DNA from: Octopus vulgaris
Taxonomy: Eukaryota
DNA length: 64,000 nucleotides
Assembly (NCBI GenBank): GCA_951406725.2
Contig: OX597815.1
Span: 41,602,001 to 41,666,000 of the forward strand
Direction: 5' to 3'
The notes under the pieces: model-generated
The model's database searches: none
Told to the model about the DNA's origin: nothing
The model's input: the letters and a program-made list of their open reading frames with translations, nothing else
Position numbers and translations under genes: made by a program
Shown: one piece after another, positions 1 through 12,761 of the stretch
Numbering within the stretch: the stretch's first letter is position 1
How the letters are laid out: every line of letters starts with the position of its first letter

Positions 1-649
1 TTCCTTCCTAGCATTCTGGATTCATATCCTCTCAGTATGAGGACAACTATCTTTCACATCTCTCTGATTATCAACATTAATATCTAGTTATTATTTTAGA
101 GATGTTGGCAAAGGAACTAACAAATGAATGGTAAATAATGATACTAGTTATTTTATGGTGGTATCTATTTTGGTTCTTTAGGGTTCCAATTTCAAATCCT
201 ACCATGGCTAACTTTTGTCCTTCATCACTCCAGGGTTAAGATAAAGTAAATAAGAGTAAGACAAGAAATTTGAGTTGATTATATTCCTTTCGTTACAGAA
301 GTAGAGATATAAAAAAAAAAAAACTATTTAATTCTCATTTTCAATCAACCTGGCTGATGTCACTTTTTAAGAGAAGGGCTGAAATTAAAAAATTTTTGAT
401 AGGTTTTTCTTAACTCTTGTCTGGGTAATAGCGACGTACAAATTGAGTGTGAAAATGTTAACATTTACAAAAACATCTGCTTAAAGTAGGAATGCTATGG
501 TAAGTCAAATGATTATAAGTTTTGTTTATAAAAAGTGGACCTCATGAAAAGAAAAACAAAATATACCCATTGAAAGAGGTATATCAGAAAGCAAAAAAAT
601 ATTCAGAGTAGAAGCAGTATCAAGAGCAGGAAGAAATGAAATATTAGAA

Positions 650-713
<64 letters not shown>
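650..713. repeat. (CT)n-(TA)n compound microsatellite
   Basis: Directly visible dinucleotide runs. Confidence 0.95.
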
Positions 714-716
<3 letters not shown>

Positions 717-1251
717 TTTAGATAGTGTTAAATGGAAATAAGAGAGATTATAGATTATTGACTAAAAGGAGAACAGAGATAAGATGAATAGGTTTTACAC
801 ACCAACATCTGGATTATCAATGTTAAACACCACTTTTAAGTTACTTGTTACAAGATGACATTTTAATTTTTCTAGTTTCTGATAAAAAGAAAATACATTT
901 AGTTACAAGTATAGATGATTCTTTGAAAGGAACAGTTTAAAAACTCATGAAAGTATCCACATTTTCACACGAAGTCAAGTTCTGGCTGTTTAAGGAAAAA
1001 AAAAGTGCTGTAATTCAGTTTGATAAGAGCTGATCTAGGAATAAACCACAACATAAGACTGCATGTCATCACTTTAACATTTGACCCAGGACTGAACCAC
1101 AATATAAACTTAAAGTGTCTCTAACTTGCAACCAGGATATTTTCTTTTTGCACCACTGTTGAAAGAATATTTACAATAGATCACACTCATTGTACCCCCC
1201 TCTCTCTCTCTTTCGGAGAGGCACAAGCACCTACACGCACATATACACACA

Positions 1252-1403
1252 CGGCAGTAACTTCCGCCTGCCGAATTCAATCACAAAGCTTCGGTCGGCT
1301 CGGGGCTATAGCAGAAGACACCTACCCAAAGTGCCACGCAGTGGGACTGAACCCGAAACCATGTAGCTAGGAGGCAAGCTCCCTAACCACACAGCCATGC
1401 CCA
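1252..1403 (-). mobile_element. tRNA-derived SINE family A, 5' part
   Basis: Matches the reverse complement of the head of the full copy at 7487-7891 (GTGCCACGCAGTGGGACTGAACCC). Confidence 0.85.
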
Positions 1404-1527
1404 TGTTATTAAATACCCAATCAGTCAATTTAGAATAAATTCATAAAAAATTTGTAAAGAAAATTTATCCCTAGCAATCCAAGCTAGAATGAATGCTCTC
1501 TAATTTGCAATGTTTATTATTATCTTG

Positions 1528-2130
1528 ATGGTGAGCTGTCAGAAATGTTAGTACATCATCATCGTCGTCGTTTAACATCTGCTTTCCATGCTAGCATGGG
1601 TTGGACGATTTGACTGAGGTCTGGCGAACCAGATGGCTGCACCAGGTTCCAGTCTGATCTGGCAGAGTTTCCACAGCTGGATGCCCTTCCTAATGCCAAC
1701 CACTCCATGAGCGTAGTGGGTGCTTTTACGTGCCACCGGCACGAGGGCCAGTCAGGCAGTACTGGCAACGGCCATGCTCAAATGGTGCTTTTTATGTGCC
1801 ACCTGCACAGTAGCCAGTCCAGCGGCACTAGCAATGAGGTCGCTTGAATGTTTTTTCACGTGCCACCAGCACAAGTGCTAGTAGGCGACGCAGGTAACGA
1901 TCACACTCGAATGGTGTTTTTAACGTTAGTCCATCAGACAAAATGCTTAGCATCATTTCTTTTTACTCTTTATATTTCTCTGTTCAACTTCCACTGAGGT
2001 CGACTTTGCCCTTCATCCTTTCAGTGATGATGAAGTAAGTACCAGTCAAGTACTGGGGTTGATGTAATTGAGTTGCACCCTCTCTTCAACAGTACTGGCC
2101 TTACACCCAAATTAGAAAGAATTATATTGC
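1528..2130 (+). mobile_element. SINE family C (Meta-domain-like), interrupted by a family B insertion
   Basis: Head GGTGAGCTGTCAGAAATGTTAG resumes after the insert and continues to GAGGTCGACTTTGCCCTTCATCC...AAGTACCAG; same family as 13565-13982. Confidence 0.75.
1559..1921 (-). mobile_element. Retroposon family B with (ATG)n tail and internal tandem GTGCTTTTTACGTGCCACC units
   Basis: Flanked by a 15-bp target-site duplication (TSD) with 2 mismatches (AATGTTAGTACATCA 1544-1558 / AACGTTAGTCCATCA 1922-1936); homologous to 10803-11110 and 15133-15690. Confidence 0.85.
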
Positions 2131-3431
2131 TATTATGCCAAGGAAAAGTATTAACTACACTGTTTATAGTATATTTGCAAGAGTTTATTTTTTTTAATAG
2201 TGCCAATTTCTTTTTTTTTTTTAAATGGCCAATCAATCATTTCTTACAGACTGATTCTAAATGACCTTGAAAGCATTAATAAACTCCTTACTTTCCCACT
2301 ATTACATTGTTGTTAGTCATAAACAATTCACTTTTCTGCTCCCTTCAGAACTGAATCCGTTCCATCTATTTTTTGCTTTCTCATCAGTCATACTTGTTGC
2401 TTTCCTAAATCAAAGACTTTCTCACAAAATGTCTTGGTCTCTCTGGTGAGAAATTTCTATTATCTTTAGTGCAGGCTTCATGCTTTGCCAACATATGTAA
2501 TATTATTATTCTTTCTTTTTACTTTTCTTTCTCCCTGCCTTTTTATTGTATTTTATTTTTTAAACAAAAATTTCTACTTTGTCATTCCATATTTTCTCTT
2601 TCACAATTGGCTGGAAGAGACAATTTTTGGGTGTGTCTCAGACATTTGGTAACATCTGCTACTTTAGGCAGCAGACCATACTGTGTGTATGTACATACAT
2701 ATTCTTATACTTGAATAGGGTTTTTTTCCCCCTTCTGTACATTCCTGATTTGTTTCTTGAATCAATTATCCTATTTCTTCTCAATATTTAACCACTTTTT
2801 ATTTGTATCCATAAAAATTACATAGAGAGAAATAACTATGTATGTCTTTCTTTTTCTCATTGTCTCTCTTTCTCTTCTTTCCCTCTCCTTCTTTCTTTCA
2901 TTTTCACCCTCCCCCTCTGCTTTCTTCCATTCCATTGATTGCTTCTTTCCCTTTTTTCCTCTCACCATCCTCTCTCTCTTATGTATGTCTCTGCCACAAA
3001 ATCTTATATTTTTCATCTTATTTTAGTACACTGTAAATAAACTTTAGTGTCTGTCCTCTCAGTAAAGCTAGGATTGTAAATGCGTTTCTTTGTAGACATT
3101 CCAGATTTCAGTATTTGAATGTGAATCTGCCATTCTATATTTTAGTGATAGTGTTAGTAGTAGCAGCAATTCTAGGAAGGCATAAAGAGTTGAAGTTGAT
3201 TTACAATGATTTGTTAAAGTTCATATTCCATGACCTTTCACATGTCATGTTAAGGACTTGTGAATAACATTTTATTTTTGTTTCTTTTGTAACAATACCA
3301 AACAATATCAGTTACTAGGAACAGAAAGAAAAACTAGAATCCGAGGAAACTAGTGATGACGGTCTGCTTGAAATGTCAGAACTCCTCTCTCCTCACAGCA
3401 CACAAAATTAGCTCCTGAATTTTTAGTTACT

Positions 3432-3600
3432 ACTGTTAACTGACCAGAACCAACTACCTTGTTCACTATATATTATACTGTTAACCTGCCATTGCTGGCT
3501 ACTCTGTTAACTGACCAGAACCATCTACTTTGTTCACTGACTAAAACTGACTACTGTATTATTGTTAACCTGCCCCAGTTGGCTACCTCTTAACTGACCA
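3432..3600. repeat. Degenerate tandem repeat with recurring TGTTAAC(T/C)GACCAGAACC units
   Basis: Several copies of ctgttaactgaccag / gttaacctgcc within about 170 bp. Confidence 0.6.
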
Positions 3601-3658
3601 GGGTAGAAAAATTATGATGCCAGAAATGTGCATACATGTGTATGTATGGTTGTGTGCA

Positions 3659-3713
<55 letters not shown>

Positions 3714-3796
3714 TTTTTTACTCTTTTACTTGTTTCAGTCATTTGACTGCAGCCATGCTGGAGCACCGCCTTTATATATATATATGTGTGTGTGTG

Positions 3797-3940
3797 TATT
3801 ATCCAAAAAGTATAGTATTAAATATCCATCACAGTTGATCTTACCAATCAGTTTGACATAAATAATACAATGGAGTGTTAGGTAACAATCCAATTATATA
3901 AATGCTCATCAGAGTTATCCTATATGGAAAAGAATATGGT
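3797..3940 (-). mobile_element. Penelope-like pseudo-LTR (pLTR) fragment with decayed hammerhead core
   Basis: Homologous to 15694-15920. The minus strand has CTGATGAG (3905-3912); the GAAAC partner is mutated. Confidence 0.55.
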
Positions 3941-4433
3941 GGCTGCTGGTCTCTTAGACCACACACACACACAAAACTGAAAATTAGCTAAGAGAAGTAA
4001 CTCAAATTTAACAACAGTCTTATCTGACAGACAAGATAAATTTTTGATTTGTAAATAACTTTTATAAATCAAAAATTTATCCTGTATGTTATTTAATATA
4101 TCCCATTGTTAACTCTTAGTTATTCCTCTTAGCTCATTTTCACTTCCAGACAAAAACACCACTGGAAAATATGAAAACTAAATGAGGTAGCACATATGCT
4201 AGGGCATAATAACCTCCTAAGCAGACCTAGTGCAGATATGAGTAGCATATGGGAACCGGTTTTAAGGAAGGATAGGAAAATATTAGATTTATAAGCCCTA
4301 AAATTCAGCCTAAAATCCAGAACCATGTGGTTGGGAAGCAAACTTCTTGCCACAAAGCCACACCTGTGTCAGTAGTAATGCTTTATAAGCATAGGAGTGG
4401 CTGTGTGGTAAGTAGCTTGCTTACCAACCACAT

Positions 4434-4673
4434 AGTGGTTAAGAGTGCAGGCTACTAACCCCAAGATTCTGAGTTTAATTCCAGGCAGTGGCCTGAATAA
4501 TAATAATGACATCGGAAAAATACTTTAGGAATGAGAACCCAGGTTCCAAATTCCCCCCAGGGCACCTGATGAAGGCTGGAGAGTACATCAGCCGAAACAT
4601 TGTGCTAACAACAAACAAGATGAGGACAAATGTAAATAATGTACATAATTCCTCATCTCTCAAATATAGAACT
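4434..4673 (+). mobile_element. tRNA-headed short element carrying a hammerhead ribozyme motif
   Basis: Head AGTGGTTAAGAGTGCAGGCTACTAACCCCAAGATTCTGAGTTTAATTCC (A-box and decayed B-box), followed by an HHR core at 4561-4605. Confidence 0.7.
4561..4605 (+). ncRNA. Minimal type I hammerhead ribozyme motif
   Basis: GGCAC-CTGATGA-a-GGCTG(gagagtacat)CAGCC-GAAAC-ATT-GTGCT. Stem I is GGCAC/GTGCT and stem II is 5 bp; helix III looks decayed from GAAACGTT. Confidence 0.7.
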
Positions 4674-7019
4674 GTAGCCATTTTTTTTTCTCTAAAAAAA
4701 AATTGAAAGAGAAACAGCCATCCTCTCCAGCTCTTCACTAGTATAGACACATACTTCAATGAAACATTCTTTGATTCATTATCAGACACATAGTGTATGC
4801 ATATAGCTGTTCATTGTGAGGAAACAGCTGTTGTTTCATTCATAAGAAATGAATATATAGTTTTTGCCTTGATTTCATTTAGTTCTGATTTTCTTGTAGA
4901 AGTAGCCAAAGACTTGATTATGTTATTCTGAATGCTGTTTGAGAGGTCTATTTTTGTCTTTTTTGGTGGAGGTGGCTCTTATTTCCTTTTAAAAATAGTA
5001 AATTTATTCAAACAGGCCACATTATACATATTTCAGAGACTGGCTCGCCTTGCTGTTCACAAAACATTCTTACTTTAGCACTTTCATATGATAATAGAAA
5101 TTTGTAACAGACACAAAGTGCTCCTGCTATAATTGTTATACTTGTGGAAAAATTGTATCATTTATAATGAATAAACTAGGTATTTTTATTCTCTTTCAAT
5201 GAAAATTCTCTTGTTCATTAAAAGCAATTTCATATGTAAAATTTAAGGGTTATGTTGTTGAATAAATAATTTATTAATTTGTACATATATTAGTTTTAAT
5301 ATTTGCACAGTAGTAACTGCAGTGATTGATTTAATAATAGTGGAATCTGTAGTGAAACAGGTGATAGAAGTGTGTACTCTATTAAAATAGTGTTTGCCTT
5401 TATTGAAAATTACTTTTTACTCAAAAGGAGTTCAGGCATCCTGGTTCCTGCCTCAATGTGCTTTAGATGAAAATAAGCCAGGAATCAATGTAAAATAATT
5501 TGTTATAGGAAATCCTGATGCAAAAAAGGTTTTCTGTTGCTATTATTCCAAAGCTGTCACTGCTGAGTTGCATTAGTTCTTGGAAGATCTGATAGTACTG
5601 CTATATCGCCATTGTGCTGGTCACTGTTCTGCATGACAGTGTCAGAGTGGCCTGTTTGAAGTGATATTTGGGTTGACATGACATAGTGGTGATAGCACTA
5701 TGACTGACACAATTTCAGAAGATTTAGTAGATGGCATCAGAAATAAAGTAATTTAACTAAAAGTCAAGGTTGCTAATGTACAGTATAAGAATTATTGATC
5801 AACTTGTAAACACATGCTACCCAATCATGTCAAAATGTGCCTGTAAACATTTGCTGTGCTATTTAATCATTATTTTTTAAATTAACTGAAACACACAGTA
5901 TATTTTATAAGAAACTAATCAAGGGATCCAATCTTGCCTGAGGGCTTCAGTCTGCCTTTTCTTTTGGTAGAGGCAAAAAGAGACACAGCCAAATGATAAT
6001 TCCACTCCTGAACATTAAAAGTTGTCTTTCACACCATTTTATGCACGGCCTGTAATACCTAACAGTCATTTGAAAGCAGGAATTATATTTTATATATATT
6101 AAATTTCAAACCTTATAAAAGTCAAGTCTGATATATAGGGCATAATACCTGAATGTTTTATAAATATAAACTAAATTTAAATGTAAAATAATTAATGAAT
6201 TGTATTCTATCTTTTATATCTGAAACCACATACTAAACTTTCAAAGATATGATTTTTAATGATGAATTTTAATAACTAGTGTTCCAATATATACTATCTA
6301 TTCAGCATAATCTAAGAGAGGGGAATGAGAAAGAGTGTATGTGTGAAAGATAGAAAAAAATCAGCACTCCATTATAGCTAATTCCTTTTTTGAATACTCC
6401 CTATTTTAAACCAGCAGGACTTACATTCAGGATTTTATTCTTCATGCATCATTCTGGTATGATTTGGGATTTGTTTGCACACTTCAGAAAATATATATTA
6501 AGGAATGCTGTTGTATCAAATAAAGAAAAGAAAAGAAAAAAAAAAAACGATTATAGATACGACCACAACAGTGGTAATGCATTGCTGTGTATAATTATAT
6601 CCTTTTCTTAGTATGTTTAAAACCCAACCAGATTTTCTTTGTCTTTTATCTGTCTGGTGGCATTAAGTACCAGTAAAGTATTGAGGGCAATTATATTGAC
6701 TACACCCTCACCCAGCCTCACAAAATGTGTAGCTATGTGTCTGACAGAAATTATTGAACTGGCAGAATGGCAGGGAAAATGGTGTACCATATTAAATTAC
6801 TTACCACATTTAGCTCTGTCCCACATTCTTGAGTTCAAATGGTACTGGTGTCAACTTTCTAAGATAGAAAAATTTAATGTAAGGGAAACTTGGCTGCTAT
6901 TTTCAACACGTTCAGCAATCATTTACAGACTCCATTGTTAGCACAACCAAACTGGTCATTTAATGTGTTATCTAGATTGTTTCCTTTGAATTCTAAACTA
7001 GTATTAATAATAGAGTAGT

Positions 7020-7470
7020 CATCATCATCATTTAACATCCACTTTTCCCTGTTTGCATGGGTCAGATGGAGTTTATTGAGACAAATTTTCAATGGCCAGA
7101 TGCCCTTCTCATCACCAACCTTCACCTGTTTCCAAGCAAAGTAATATTTCCCCATAGCCAGAAATGTTCTTACAGAATATTGGAAATGAACAACACTACT
7201 TATGTGACAGTGACATTCATTTACAATTTTCACAAGGAAACACAAACATAAACACATACACACACACACACATATACATATAAACAGATGTGCATATACA
7301 TATATACAACTGACTTCTTTCAATTACCATCTACCAGCCCCACTCACATGGATTTGGCCAGCCTGGGGCCATATTAAAAGGTACTTGCCCTAGGTGCCAT
7401 GCAGTAGGACTGAATCCAGAACCATGTGGTTGGGAAGCAAACTTCTTGCCACAAAGCCACACCTGTGTCA
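7020..7470 (-). mobile_element. SINE family A head with alternative (ATG)n-tailed 3' module (A')
   Basis: The head matches family A. The 3' part (GGAAACAGGTGAAGGTTGGTGATGAGAAGGGCATC...GATGATGATG) matches 17185-17625, 18850-19236 and 45609-46030. Confidence 0.75.
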
Positions 7471-7486
7471 GTAGTAATGCTTTATA

Positions 7487-7646
7487 AGCATAGGAGTGGC
7501 TGTGTGGTAAGTAGCTTGCTTACCAACCACATGGTTCTGGGTTCAGTCCCACTGCATGGTACCTTGGGCAAGTGTCTTCTACTATAGCCTTGGGCCAACC
7601 AAAGCCTTGTGAATGGATTTGGTAGACGGAAACTGAAAGAAGCCCG

Positions 7647-7683
<37 letters not shown>

Positions 7684-7891
7684 CGTGCTTGTGTGTCTGT
7701 GTTTGTCCCCGCAACATCGCTTAACAACCGATGCTGGTGTGTTTACATCCTTGTAGCTTAGTGGTTCGGCAAAAGAAACCGATCAAATAAGTACTAGGCT
7801 TACAAAGAATAAGTCCTGGGGTCGATTTGCTCGACTAAAGGCATTGCTCCAGCATGGCCACAATCAAATGACTGAAAAGAGTAAAAGAGAG
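7487..7891 (+). mobile_element. tRNA-derived SINE family A, full length
   Basis: tRNA-like head (GTGGCTGTGTGGTAAG...GGTTCAGTCCC), CCTTGGGCAAGTGTC core, internal (GT)n and tail GCTCCAGCATGGCC...GACTGAAA.GAGTAAAAGAG; many copies in the window. Confidence 0.92.
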
Positions 7892-8629
7892 TATATTGCT
7901 AACAATGATACTAACTTCATTAAGAATGCATATTTGAGATTTATGTAAAGTACATTTCCGGGGCACACTTGCTAAAATCTGCACTGCTGAATATACCAAT
8001 ATATCTTAATTAGATCAGACTCACTGTCTACTGCATTCCATATTTAATTAATTTAATTAAAATCTTTAGATTATCTCCCCTGCTTTTTGACCAGAATTAA
8101 TCACTTAAATAATTATTGTTCTCATCATTAAAGGTGCAGTTTTAATTAAAATGTCTTAACTTACTATATCAAATATGCTAACACCTTTACTTTTGTATTT
8201 AGCAAATTGTACAGTACGTCAGTCTAATGCTTTTAACTTTTGTATTTTCTTTTTAACTTTGTTCAATGACCAAATAATCAACAACTAAATAGTGTTACAT
8301 TATTTTAGCAGCCATATATGCACTAATGAAAGTAACTCTTGCAAAGGCTGAATCTAATTTCTTAAACACAAGACCAATTATCCAAATGCGGGGGAGGGCA
8401 TAAATCTTTTGTGACTCATTATCGTAAATTTTGCGTCAATTTTTCCCATGCAGGCAAGAGTGGAATTCCTTTACAACACTGTGCCATTAACTATGGACCT
8501 TCATCATCTGGATTGTATAACAATGAGAAAAACAACTGCCAACCCTTTCCCCATCATCATCTCCATTTTTTTTAAAGATTGCTTTTCCATTCTGGTATAG
8601 GTTGGATTATTGGCTAATATTATATCAAA

Positions 8630-8630
<1 letters not shown>

Positions 8631-8685
<55 letters not shown>
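8631..8685. repeat. (TCTA)n microsatellite
   Basis: Directly visible. Confidence 0.95.
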
Positions 8686-8686
<1 letters not shown>

Positions 8687-10802
8687 ATAATATAAATAAT
8701 ATATAAATATATGCATAGATACATACATATATGTGCATACCTATACATGCATATATGGGTACAGGACATCAAAAAAACGTTGAACACAATGAGAAACGAA
8801 AACATAAAAACAAAAACATAGAAACAAACTTTTTTTCGAACAATGAAAAAATCAAACAGAGAAACGAGACATACAACATAAAGAATATTCCCCTTCTTGA
8901 GTTGTCCCTGTTTCATCTACTTCACATTTCGAAGGCAAGGGCAATATATGACTTCGCTAAAACAGTCCTTCCCGCAAAGCAAATTAAATAAAATTTGGGA
9001 TTTTTTGCGGAAGGTGAAAGTGGTAACAAGAACAGGACAGTGAGTACAAAACAGTAAAAACAATTGGTGAGGGCTGTTAAGCTAAGATGATAGAAAAATT
9101 ATTATGAATGCTAGGAAGACAAGCTTATGAAGGAGACAGTATAAGCACGTTTTGTCTATCCATCTATCCGGCTATCCATGTATCCATCCATCCATCCATC
9201 TCAACCTACCTACTGCTTCTTTACCTCTTCTACCAACAGCCGGTCAAGTTTATTCTTCTGAAACAGTAGTTAAGTGTGTACATCTACCTGCAAGTATGTG
9301 TGTGTGTGTCATGTATTAGGCATCCATCAACCTCATAACTTTTACCATCTTTACCATCCTCCTACCACTGCTTTTCTATTTTGATGTTTCTCTATCAACT
9401 TATGTTAACTTTGTATATCTCTCTCTTTTTCTATCTCTCTATGTCTATCTACCTATCTGTATGTGTGTGTGTGTGTGTGTATGTGTATATATGATGTAAA
9501 GTATGACTAGAGAAATAAATCAACCAACATACATATCAGTGATCTAGAGATTTAATATAGAAAGCAAAAATCTAAGTAAATAGGATTTTCCACATGTGTG
9601 TATATGTACAGTATAGCACATCTACTTAGTAATTTACTCTTGACTACTTAAGCAAGTATAGTGAAGTCAATGCTTCACTGAGGAAGTCTTATAAGTCTGA
9701 AATAAGTCCAGGGTTGTCTCCTGTACTTGCTTGACAAAATAATGTAAATGATAATATTAGTAGTCATTGACCTAACGTTATCATTTCGTCACTAATTAAA
9801 TATTAACACTGACTTAAATATTGTTTTCATGTGGATGGTGTCTCTAAATAATAAAGTTCTGTTTTATTTGGGGGTTTTTTTTCATTTTCGTTTTTTGGGT
9901 TGTTGTTTTTTTTTTTCTTTTCAATACAGTATATAAAGGAACTTGTTCTCTCAACTGCAGAGAGTTAAAAAGCAAATCTGAACCAACAGTAGGACATTTA
10001 AGTTTAACGCTGCCTGCATCAATGAGCGATTTGTTATTGGATTGGACTAATTCTTGTCTAAGTTTGTCTTAAGCATTATACGTTTACTGTTTTGAAAAAT
10101 TTTACATAGTGACCTAATTTCAGTATCTGCTATGTTAATGGCTTTTTTTTTTCTTTAAATCTAAGTTTTATTATTTAATAGTTTGTTTCATATATTGATT
10201 CTCAGGCTGTTTACACTCATACAACTAGTACACAACATTCTTATTTGTCATATCTGCAACTTAAATATTTTAAGACTTTCATTGCATTTCTTTAAAGTAA
10301 CAATCTCTTATTGGCTTAGAAGCTTGTTGCTGCTGGCCACATTGTCTATTGACAGTTTCATATATGCGAAGTAATGTCTCTAAAGACTATCAGCCAGCAA
10401 GTTTCTCCCCAAGGATTACATTATCATATAAACAATTTCTTTTTGTAAGGAAGTAAAAAAACAAAAATGTACCAGAAAAAAATGTAGTTTCAGAATTATG
10501 ATTATTTAGTATTTTATACACGCACACACACACACACGAATGAATGGATGGGTGATTGTACATATGTATGCACACAGGGCAGAATTGTTAGCATAATAGA
10601 CAGGATGCTTATGGCATTTCTTCTGACTTTGCTCTGAGTTCAAATTCTGCCAGGTTCTGCTTTACCTTGCATCTTTTCAGGGTTAATAAAATAAGTACCA
10701 GTTGAGCACTAGGGTTGATGTAATTGGCTCACAATTTCTCTCAAAATTTCAGGCTTTTTGTCTATGATTAGACAATATGTGTGTGTATGAATGTTTATAT
10801 TT

Positions 10803-11110
10803 CATGTGCTGGTGGCACGTAAAAAGCACCATCCGAACATGGCCATTGACTGGCTTCCATGCCGGTGGCATGTAAAAAGCACCAAGCGATCGTGGCCATT
10901 GCCAGCCTCGCCTGGCACCTATGCCGGTGGCACGTAAAAAGCACCCACTACACTCACGAAGTGGTTGGCGTTAGGAAGGGCATCCAGCTGTAGAAACACT
11001 GCCAGGTCAGACTGGAGCCTAGTGCAGCCTCCTGGTTTCCCTGACCCCGGTCAAACCATCCAACCCATGCTAGCATGGAAAACGGACGTTAAACGATGAT
11101 GATGATGATG
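10803..11110 (+). mobile_element. Retroposon family B
   Basis: Three GGTGGCACGTAAAAAGCACC-type units, GTTAGGAAGGGCATCCAGCTG and a (GAT)n tail. Confidence 0.85.
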
Positions 11111-12043
11111 TCTTCATATGATTGCAAGGAGTACTAGTGAAATAATAAAAAGAAATCCCTTACTTGAAAAATAGATATGGGTTGGCCACAGGAGGGGTAT
11201 CAAACTATAAAATTATGCTTTAATGAGTCTATCTAATCCACACCAACATGAAAAAATGGGTGTAAACAAATGGATGATCACTGAGTTAGTTCTCCTGTTT
11301 TATCATTTATTCATGAAATATGGTGTGCTTTTAATATTTCACTCTATGGAAGAACAGTCCTAATTTAATGCAAATTGTGTAATTATTCAATTGTGTATTT
11401 TTTACTGGTTTCATGCATTAGACTGTCCAGTCACACTAATCTTATTACTTATTTCAATCTGGTACTTATTTTATCAACTTCTATTAAATGGCTAGCTTAA
11501 GCTATCAGATCGCATATTGGCCTAAACACACACACACAATTGGCATTAGGAAAGGCATCCACACAGAAGCCAAACTAAATTGACACAGTGCAGTTACAGT
11601 TGTGTAATTAAGAAGTTTGTTTTGACTACCTGGTGCCTCAGGCAAATATTATCTACTGTGGCTTCAGGAATTGGTGGACAGAAACTATGTAGTAGTCATA
11701 TACATACATGTATATGAGCATATGTTTGTACGTGTTGATCTCTACATTTCACAAAACAAGTGTCTAACTTTATTTCTTGTTATGTATCAGTGCTCTAAAT
11801 ACACATTGCTAAAATAAGTACCATACTTACAACATGTACTAGGGTTGATAGATCAAATAAACCCCTTTAAAGCAGTGTGCCAACATGGTCACTGTTTATA
11901 CAGTCTAGTAACTGAAAGCAGTAGAAAAGTGTGTGTGTTCATGTATACATATTATATACATATATATGTGTGTGTGTGTGCATAAATGTATGTATGTATG
12001 TATGTATAAATGTATGTGTATATGTATATATGTATATGTATGG

Positions 12044-12094
12044 CAGAGAACATGCTGTCTTCACTTAGTTGAAGTGAAGACAGCATGTTCACTG
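12044..12094. other. Near-perfect hairpin (19-bp perfect stem, 5-nt loop)
   Basis: GAACATGCTGTCTTCACTT-agttg-AAGTGAAGACAGCATGTTC; extends by CAG/CTG after one mismatch. Confidence 0.9.
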
Positions 12095-12295
12095 TTTATC
12101 TCCTTACCTTCTTGGAGTTTTTAGGTAAAATTATACTGTGTCCATCTGTTTTAATTTAATTAAATTGTATGTCTTTATGCAGCTGAGGATTTCTCTGCAT
12201 TTAAATTGATGTAATGATTGCATTGTTCAATTAAATGGAGTTGCTTGAAATGATCGTACTGCATTACCTCTGGATATCCCTGTTACTTATTTTGA

Positions 12296-12323
12296 TATAT
12301 ATATATATATATGTATATGCATA

Positions 12324-12372
<49 letters not shown>

Positions 12373-12512
12373 ATATATATATGTGTGTATATGTTATGTA
12401 TATATATATATGTGTGTATATGTTATGTATATATATGTGTGTATATGTTATGTATATATATATATGTGTGTATATGTTATGTATATATATATATATGTGT
12501 GTATATGTTATG

Positions 12513-12543
<31 letters not shown>

Positions 12544-12609
12544 GTGTGTATATGTTATGTATATATATATATATGTATATATATATATGTGTGTATATGT
12601 TATGTATAT

Positions 12610-12682
<73 letters not shown>
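12296..12682. repeat. (TA)n-based minisatellite with recurring ATGTGTGTATATGTTATGT unit
   Basis: Directly visible higher-order repeat. Confidence 0.9.
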
Positions 12683-12717
12683 ATGGATGTCCACATAGTG
12701 GTCATCCCTCTCTTATA

Positions 12718-12761
<44 letters not shown>

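Noticed and set aside
5675-5712. CATAGTG...CACTATG hairpin as a miRNA precursor
   Set aside because: Only a 7-bp perfect stem with poor extension; expected by chance.
7482-7727. Recurrent ORFs such as LLSVSVYQIHSQGFG...CHAVGLNPEPCGW
   Set aside because: Antisense translations of SINE family A, not a gene family.
9668-9715. CTGAGGA...GAAAT..GTC as another hammerhead
   Set aside because: Stems I and II pair poorly; at best a very decayed relic.
9930-10072. Possible exon after a strong pyrimidine tract and CAG (YKGTCSLNCRELKSK...)
   Set aside because: No recognisable protein similarity and no convincing donor site.
10803-10945. Regularly spaced GGTGGCACGTAAAAAGCACC repeats resembling a CRISPR array
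   Set aside because: Internal tandem units of a eukaryotic retroposon with related spacers; no cas genes.
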